NCBI GenBank assembly: GCA_964016885.1
Contig: OZ024756.1
Location: 43,834,001 to 43,898,000, forward strand
Length of the DNA stretch: 64,000 bases
Source of the DNA: Eledone cirrhosa
Taxonomy: Eukaryota
Direction of reading: 5' to 3'
The stretch's first letter is position 1. Every line of letters starts with the position of its first letter. The notes beneath the pieces are model-generated. The model was not told where the DNA came from. It ran no database searches and worked only from the letters and a program-made list of their open reading frames with translations. Made by a program: the position numbers and the translations under genes. This document shows, piece after piece, positions 55,538 to 64,000 of the stretch.

Positions 55538-56094
55538 CACACACACATATATATATGTTTGTGTGTCTCAACCAAACATCCTGGGCTGAAAAAATATCTA
55601 AAATAAAGTTAACGTCCTTCTGTTTTTTTTATGCTTCTTCTTCTCTTTCCTTTCCTCTTTCTTTCTTCACCTTCTCTCTTTCATTCCTTTACTTTCTAAA
55701 CTTCTCTTCCTTCCCTTCATTCTTTTCTTATCGCCTTTTTATTCTCCTTCTTCTCTTTTCTATTCTCCTTCTTCTCTTTCTTTCTCCTTCTTTCTCTTTA
55801 TCACTTTTCTTATCTCTTTCTTTTTATTCATATTTTCTTTCAATTTCTTTCCCACCCTTTCTCTCTCATTCCTTCTATGGCCTCTCTCTCTCTCTCTCCC
55901 CACTCCCTCTCTCTTTCTCCCCCTCCCTCGTTCTCCCTCCCCTCTCTCTCTATCTCTCCTATCTCTCCTATCTCTCCCTCTCTCCTTCCTCTCTTCCCCA
56001 CTCTCCCTCTCCTGACGTCATCCCTCTGCTGTAGTCTGTCTCCAGTTACCACAGAATAAGGAAGCAATTAGTAACAACATTAATAGAGTTAGTA

Positions 56095-56492
56095 ACACAC
56101 CGCATCGCCACACCACCACACCACCTCACCACACCACCACACCACCACACCGCCACCACACCACCACACCACCACACCACCACCACACCACCACACCACC
56201 ACCACACCACCTCACCGCCACCACACCACCACACCACCACACCACCACAACACCACACCGCCACCACACCACCACACCACCACACCACCACACCACCACC
56301 ACACTACCACATCACCATACCACCACCACACCACCACACCACCACAACACCACACCGCCACACCACCACACCACCACAACACCACACCACCACCACACCA
56401 CCACACTGCAACACCACCACACCACCACACCACCACACCGCTACACCACCACACCACCACAACACCACACCACCACACTGCCACACCACCAC
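56095..56492. repeat. (CACCACAC)n-type satellite
   Basis: Direct reading. Confidence 0.9.
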
Positions 56493-56712
56493 GTTGTTGT
56501 AACTGGCTGTGGTTGTTTAACCCCAGATCAACCTTCAGTGTGTACATCTATGATACAAGTGTTCCATGTCAACACTGATTAATAGAGATATGTTTGACCA
56601 TTAAGTTCTTTACAAAAATAAAACGACCCTTTAGCTACCAAATTAACCCATCCATCCAAAACTGACCCTGTTTCTATAAGACAAAACAACCAGTTTTAAA
56701 GAGTCCCTATTT

Positions 56713-56883
56713 ATAATAGTTTCTGATTTAAGCACAAGGACAGGCCAACCATTTTGGGGGAGGAGAAAGTCGATTAAATCGATCCAGTGCGTTACTGGTA
56801 CTTTATTTTATCAATCCCTGTAAGAATGAAATGCAAAACCAACCTTGGTGTGATTTGAACTCAGAACGTTAAGGGACGTAACT
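56713..56883 (-). mobile_element. SINE family A, truncated at the 59-bp array
   Basis: Tail, core and B box match; it ends at aagggacgtaact where the array begins. Confidence 0.75.
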
Positions 56884-58240
56884 CCAGTCCTGCTTTACAA
56901 AATGGTGGACAGCAAACCACCATCATAGTTCTACAGAGAATGTTCCAGTCTTACTTTACAAAATGGCAGACAACAAACCACCATCATAGTTCTACAGAGA
57001 ATGTTCCAGTCTTACTTTACAAAATGGCAGACAACAAACCACCATGATAGTTCTACAGAGAATGTTCCAGTCTTACTTTACAAAATGGCAGACAACAAAC
57101 CACCATCATAGTTCTACAGAGAATGTTCCAGTCTTACTTTACAAAATGGCAGACAACAAACCACCATCATAGTTCTACAGAGAATGTTCCCGTCTTACTT
57201 TACAAAATGGCAGACAACAAACCACCATCATAGTTCTACAGAGAATGTTCCAGTCTTACTTTACAAAATGGCAGACAACAAACCACCATCATAGTTCTAC
57301 AGAGAATGTTCCAGTCTTACTTTACAAAATGGCAGACAACAAACCACCATCATAGTTCTACAGAGAATGTTCCAGTCTTACTTTACAAAATGGCAGACAA
57401 CAAACCACCATCATAGTTCTACAGAGAATGTTCCAGTCTTACTTTACAAAATGGCAGACAACAAACCACCATCATAGTTCTACAGAGAATGTTCCAGTCT
57501 TACTTTACAAAATGGCAGACAACAAACCACCATCATAGTTCTACAGAGAATGTTCCAGTCTTACTTTACAAAATGGCAGACAACAAACCACCATCATAGT
57601 TCTACAGAGAATGTTCCAGTCTTACTTTACAAAATGGCAGACAACAAACCACCATCATAGTTCTACAGAGAATGTTCCAGTCTTACTTTACAAAATGGCA
57701 GACAACAAACCACCATCATAGTTCTACAGAGAATGTTCCAGTCTTACTTTACAAAATGGCAGACAACAAACCACCATCATAGTTCTACAGAGAATGTTCC
57801 CGTCTTACTTTACAAAATGGCAGACAACAAACCACCATCATAGTTCTACAGAGAATGTTCCAGTCTTACTTTACAAAATGGCAGACAACAAACCACCATC
57901 ATAGTTCTACAGAGAATGTTCCAGTCTTACTTTACAAAATGGCAGACAACAAACCACCATCATAGTTCTACAGAGAATGTTCCAGTCTTACTTTACAAAA
58001 TGGCAGACAACAAACCACCATCATAGTTCTACAGAGAATGTTCCAGTCATACTTTACAAAATAGCAGACAACAAACCACCATCATAGTTCTACAAAGAAT
58101 GTTCCAGTCATACTTTACAAAATGGCAGACAACAAACCACCATCATAGTTCTACAAAGAATGTTCCAGTCATACTTTACAAAATGGCAGACAACAAACCA
58201 CCATCATAGTTCTACAGAGAATGTTCCAGTCTTACTTTAC
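56883..58240. repeat. 59-bp minisatellite x~23
   Basis: Unit TGTTCCAGTCTTACTTTACAAAATGGCAGACAACAAACCACCATCATAGTTCTACAGAGAA, nearly invariant. Confidence 0.97.
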
Positions 58241-58655
58241 CAGAGAAACAAAACCAGTTCAGGAATTTCCAATTTCTTCCTAACTTGGAAATTGATCTGA
58301 TTTATTTATTTAATGTATTTATTTATTTATTGTTTGTTTGTTTTCAATATTATGGTAGAAACAAACTGACAAAGGCCTATGTCTTAGAGGTTGACATGAG
58401 AGTAGAGGATGGGCTGACACCACAGAGAGCAAAATAAAACCATGTTGATGACCACCATCATCATCATCAACAATAACAACAACAACAACAGCAACAAGAT
58501 TAGATATTGAAAGTAGAAGAGAAAGACAGAGTGAAGATGAGAGAGAGAGGTGTGTTGCGTGATTAAAGTTTATTTCTGGGTCTTTGGAAATACGAGATGT
58601 CTTCTCATAACACAACCACCATTACTGTCATGATTTAATGGTGGTGGGATGGTGG

Positions 58656-58686
<31 letters not shown>

Positions 58687-58701
58687 GGGATGATAAACAC
58701 G

Positions 58702-58735
<34 letters not shown>

Positions 58736-58802
58736 AAGGAAAACGATGAAGTTTCGTGTTTACATGTATTTAGTTTTTTGTTTTTTTTTGTGTGTATCGA
58801 CC

Positions 58803-58890
58803 TGTTACGCGCGTTTCGTAGAGGATTGACTCAGGGTTATCCATAGAGGTTATGGACCCGACTCCATTATCGATCTGCTCTTCAGATTGT
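58803..58890 (-). ncRNA. Hammerhead-like motif with a long stem II and decayed stem I
   Basis: Minus strand: CTGAAGA-[gcaga..gggtccata-acctc-tatggataaccc..tctac]-GAAA-CGCGCG-TA, with a palindromic stem III. Confidence 0.45.
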
Positions 58891-58932
58891 GTGTGTGTGT
58901 GAGTGTGTTATAACGTAAAAGGAATAGTTCAT

Positions 58933-59098
58933 CCTACCATAACCCCTCACCCCTACCTACCATAACCCCTCACCCCTACCTACCATAACCCCTCACCCCT
59001 ACCTACCATAACCCCTCATCCCTACCTACCATAACCCCTCACCCCTACCTACCATAACCCCTCATCCCTACCTACCATAACCCCTCACCCCTACCTAC
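58933..59098. repeat. 23-bp minisatellite x~7 (CCTACCATAACCCCTCACCCCTA)
   Basis: Direct reading. Confidence 0.92.
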
Positions 59099-59344
59099 TA
59101 TTACTACCACCATTACTATAAATCGAGAATTACATCTGATCCATCCCGAAATATGTTGGCCTATATTATATCCCTGTCATACGATGTGTCGTATGTAACT
59201 GTGCTAAAAATACCAACATCAACAACATCAACAATAACAACAACGTCATTAACAACATCAACAACAAACCACAACCTTGTCAACTTTTTAATAAACTTCA
59301 CAAGAATTTGATCAAATTCAAAAACTTCACAACTAACAAGTATT

Positions 59345-59568
59345 TTGATTGGAGATATAATTTCTTCAACTTCACACCCGAAACAGTCTGATCCACCCGT
59401 TACAAATACGGGTACGTACCTTGATTGGAGATATAATTCCTTCAACTTCACACCCGAAACAGTCTGATCTACCCGTTACAAATACAGGTACGTACCTTGA
59501 TTGGAGATATAATTCCTTCAACTTCACACCCGAAACAGTCTGATCCACCCGTTACAAATACAGGTACA
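59345..59568. repeat. 76-bp tandem repeat x~3
   Basis: gattggagatataatt starts at 59347, 59423 and 59499. Confidence 0.92.
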
Positions 59569-59629
59569 TCTCACAACTTGTAAGTAATTCTAATTTATTT
59601 TAATTAATTTTTATGTTTTTGTTATTTAT

Positions 59630-59950
59630 TATTGAGGCTGCGAAGAGCAGAAGGCTGGGAGAGTGTCGGACAACATGATTGGTGCATATTGTTACTCCCT
59701 TGACGTTCGGGGTTCACCAGTAACGCACTGGGGTCGATCTAATCGACTTTCCCCTCTCTCTCAAAAACAATTCTTGGCCTCGTGCCTAAATCAGAAACCA
59801 TTATATTCCGTGGATTATCAGAATCGGTAGAGCATCGGGGACCAAGTTTTGCGGCATATAATTATAGCTGATTTTATTATGATTTTAAATCCCGCCAAGG
59901 TTAACTTTGTCTTTCATCCTTATGAGGTCGATAAAATAAAGTACCAGTAA
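59630..59950 (+). mobile_element. Two diverged SINE family A copies
   Basis: Head and tail remnants plus aaatcccgccaaggttaactttgtctttcatccttatgaggtcgataaaataaagtaccagtaa. Confidence 0.65.
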
Positions 59951-60149
59951 TAGATAGAAACCCATTTGTTGGTAACAATAGAAAACGACAGTCCTCGTTC
60001 TATCTGTTGGTCCCTAGTTAAGAGGACTCGGAACTCTTGTCTGGCTGAAGGGTGAGAAGATCTGTCCTGTACCCTGGCAATATAACTACACTTTATCGGG
60101 AGACATTATGTAAAAACCCTAGCAATTTATCTGCAGTTTTACTGGGAGA

Positions 60150-60280
60150 TGTTGGGTACAGTACCCTAGCAATTGGGTACGGTACCCTGGTAATTGGGTT
60201 CGGTGCCCTAACAATTGGGTACGGTGCCCTAACAATTGGGTATGGAACCCTAACAATTGGGTACATACCCTAACAATTTA
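60150..60280. repeat. 21-bp minisatellite x~6 (AATTGGGTACGGTACCCTAAC), each unit a small hairpin
   Basis: Direct reading; internal GGGTAC/GTACCC inverted repeat. Confidence 0.85.
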
Positions 60281-60631
60281 TGTGCAGTATTACTGGGAGA
60301 CGTTGGGTGCGGTTTAACAACAAGGAAGTGAAATATGAACTTACATAAATAAACACTTTCTCCTGTGTTACATATTATCTCTTAACTTTTGAAAGGAGTC
60401 TAAAATTAAAAGGACAACACCACCACCACCACCACCACCATCAACGCCATCAACACCACCACCATCAACACCACCAACAACAACACCATCAACACCACCA
60501 CCATCAACACTAACATCGCCACCACCAACAACAACACTATCAACACTAATATCACCACCACCACCATCAACACTAATATCACCACCACCAACAACAACAC
60601 CATCAACACTAATATCACCACCAACAACAAC

Positions 60632-60663
<32 letters not shown>

Positions 60664-61860
60664 CAACAACAACACCTACTTATGTTCTTCTCTCTCGTTC
60701 TCTATTTTTTTAGCTTTGTTTTTGACATTTTAAGGGTGGGGGGTGAAATTTAGTTTTAAATTGTTTTGTTTTTTTTACCAAAATAAACTTTTTTTTTTTC
60801 GGGGAGGAAAGAAGAAATTTAATAGTGAAATATTTGACTTGAAAAGAGATATATCATCTCGTTTAAATTGAAAATAAATAGTTAAATAAATAAATATGTA
60901 ACCAATTATTAATTCTTGAAAACTAAATTTTAACCAAAATGGAAAACGCCAAAGAGTGTCTGGAAGCAAGCAAAAAGAAGAAATAATAATAATAAATACC
61001 AAAATTCGTTTTAATGTATATATGTGAGAGAAACCACAGACCCTCCATCTCAACTCTACTTTTGAAAAGCATAAGAACTGTGAAACCGGTAAAGGAAATA
61101 AATAAATATTCTTAAAAAGACTCCAGATTTATTTTCGATTTCTTTTCCCACCCGGGTAGGACATCTTGTTTTTTTATTAAAAAAAACAACTCATTTTCTT
61201 ATATATATATTAAATAAGATACAGAAATAGATAGTTTGGGGGAGAAAATATAATTATTCGAGGGGGGGGGGGGCACCCACCCACCCCCGGTTCTATCACC
61301 ACTGTATATATATAATTGAATTAAACAAAAATTATGCTCTGTGCCCTTTCCTAAGGGGTTAATATATCGAGCTTCTTCGTATTTGGTAAGAAACTGGTAT
61401 TATACCCGACTTATTTATCTCCTATATATATAAAATCAAAAGGGATATTCAATTTGTTGGTAATTCAACAAATATAAATGTTTATAACTGATTCAGAGCA
61501 CTCGACAAGTTTTCTGGAGTATAATATTCAATGATATTAAATAATTGGAAACTATATTTATAAAACCATATTTATTCTATTATATATATTTCAATGGTAC
61601 CAAAACTTTGGTACGCTTTCATCAGATAAAATACAAAGTTTGTTTTATAAAGTTTGACATAACCAAGAAAAGATACCTTAACGGTTCAAGTTTTCCTTGG
61701 ATAGTGAAGGAAAAGAGAAGAAAAGTCAGATATTTCAAATTATTAAGATGAGTATGCAAATGAGGTTGAGGTATAGGGCTGAAAAGACGTTATTTTAGAC
61801 GCTATATCTATATCTACTACATGGCACTCTCTTTCATTCCCCCTCTCTATATCAATTAAT

Positions 61861-62099
61861 GTAGGTGAGAGAGGAGAAGAAGGGAGCACCCGCTCCTTGT
61901 GCTCCTGAAGAGGAGGGTTGCACATTTTTTCGGGGGTGTGTGCGACCCACGTCAACGCCCCCTCCCTATTGAGGACTTCGATTGTTAAATTTAATTTATT
62001 ATATGTTTTTTGCACGTCTTTTGAAATGTATGTAAACTCCCCCCCCCCCCTTGTATTTGTCCCAATCTTTGATGCCCGGGTGGCAAATAAATAGAAATA
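61861..62099 (+). mobile_element. 5'-truncated L1/Tx1-like 3' UTR insertion with a 13-bp TSD
   Basis: Homologous to 14065-14295 and flanked by TATATCAATTAAT at 61848-61860 and 62100-62112. Confidence 0.75.
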
Positions 62100-62459
62100 T
62101 ATATCAATTAATAGCAAACTCTCCCCCTCTCTATATTTTCTACACGGCACTCTCTTCCATTACCCCTCTCTATAGCAATTAGCACCAAACTCTCCCCCTC
62201 TCTATATCTACTACATGGCACTCTCTTTCATTCCCCCTCTCTATATCAATTAATAGCAAACTCTTCCCCTCTCTATAGTTATCTATCTATCGCTCTCTCT
62301 CCTATCTGTCTCAACATAACATGTACATAAATTGTAGCGCATATAAAATTAGATTTTTTTTGGTAATTTGGGGAGGAAAATATAAATATTGGTGGGAGGG
62401 GGGGGGGGCTGACTCCCCCCACCCCCACTGCCCCTGAGCATCTTGCCTGACACAAAAGG

Positions 62460-62570
62460 TTTCTGATTTAGTCAGAAGGCCAATAATTTTCGACGGGAGG
62501 GGAAAGTCGATTAATTCGACTGCAGTGTATTACTGGTACTTTATTTTATCGACTCCCTAAGGATGAAAGG
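62460..62570 (-). mobile_element. SINE family A 3' fragment
   Basis: cagtgtattactggtactttattttatcgactccctaaggatgaaagg. Confidence 0.7.
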
Positions 62571-62933
62571 TGGTTTTGATGATGGCGATAATGGAATTAA
62601 AGAGTTTTCTGCAGGGGGGGGGAAGGTGGGTGAGGGGTGAAGGTGGTACGAAAGAGTTGTGGGGTGGAGAGGTGGTGTGTGGTGGAGGAGAGTGTGGTAA
62701 CTGATCTGATACACTCAGTGTCACTGTGTATGTGTGTGTGTATGTGTAAATACTGCTAGTGTAAGAGGGGTGGGTGTATAATTACCGTCAGTTTGTAAGT
62801 GCACGTGCATGGCTGTTTATATGTGTGTGTGATTGTGTATATATGTGTGTGATTGTGTATATATGTGTGTGTGATTGTATATATATGTGTGTGTGATTGT
62901 GTGTATATGTGCGGATATAGATATATGTTTGTG

Positions 62934-62964
<31 letters not shown>

Positions 62965-62965
62965 C

Positions 62966-63041
<76 letters not shown>

Positions 63042-63189
63042 GTATATATGTATATAAACTATTTGTGTGTGTGTATAGATTCCTCTAAGTATACGAATAT
63101 ATATGCAACCACATGCACAAATATATTCACACACACACATACATACCAACAAACATCCACACTTTACGCTTAGACAGATAGATAGATAG

Positions 63190-63259
<70 letters not shown>

Positions 63260-63373
63260 ATACCATGTGTTATATGCGTGACATATACTGTACATGTCTA
63301 AAATGTGTCACCTATTTTTAGATAAGAGCCTATATATGTTATATATTTGTTTCTATGGATGGGAATGCGTGTG

Positions 63374-63409
<36 letters not shown>

Positions 63410-63781
63410 AGGGCGAAGAGTCCGTGCATGCAACGCATGCAGTGCATGCGTTATAGAATCTTGAGTTGATCAATTGCGTTGGTTGAAGCAAGCAGAATTT
63501 TGGGTGCTTACTAAAACGTATAGACACATAAAAAGATAACACACACATATACACACAAACACATACACACAAACACACGACAGCTTTGGGGCAAGCAGAA
63601 TTTTGACTCCTTACTAAATCGTAGACACATAAAAAGATAACACACACTAGATAACACTACATGCGGCTTTGACCGGGAGGGTCATTTAGAGGGAATTGGG
63701 AGGGGGAGTAGGGCTGCACGGCCCCACTTTCCGCCATGGCGATTGGACTGCATGCCCTGCTTTCCAGGTTACCCGTCGCCA

Positions 63782-63872
<91 letters not shown>

Positions 63873-64000
63873 CTCTTTTACTCTTTTACCTGTTCCAGCC
63901 ATCCGGCTGAGGCCATGCTGGGGCACACATATATTAATTACATAATAAACAACACAATATGATATTCCATTACCAAAGGTTTCAAGAAACTAGACGATCC

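Noticed and set aside
56883-58240. CRISPR-like regular array (also 50142-50621 and 59345-59568)
   Set aside because: Units are identical head-to-tail with no unique spacers, there are no cas genes, and the context is eukaryotic.
58933-59098. Telomeric repeat
   Set aside because: The 23-bp unit contains TAACCCC but is not (TTAGGG)n.

Overview
Eukaryotic (animal) genomic DNA, very rich in microsatellites and SINEs. It is most likely a cephalopod (Octopus-like), inferred from the repeat landscape rather than proven. Most ORF-track entries are translations of simple repeats. Two real protein-coding genes lie tail-to-tail. The first is a single-coding-exon 1413-aa C2H2 zinc-finger gene on + (38185-42426). 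The second is mitochondrial ribosomal protein L37 (MRPL37/mL37) on -, with 8 coding exons reconstructed by hand (51457 to 45359, 1260 nt, 419 aa, all GT-AG and phase-compatible); the ORF track shows it only in pieces. The rest is a transposon landscape: an internally deleted mariner, a hAT remnant, RTE, CR1/L2 and Tx1 LINE fragments, two SINE families, MITEs, minisatellites and a 200-N gap. The most unusual signals are several type I hammerhead-ribozyme motifs, some within or next to near-perfect 41-80-bp-arm palindromes (probably Penelope-like-element derived), and a fold-back element carrying two convergent tRNA-like Pol III cassettes. The zinc-finger protein also repeats essentially the same two-finger recognition module three times.
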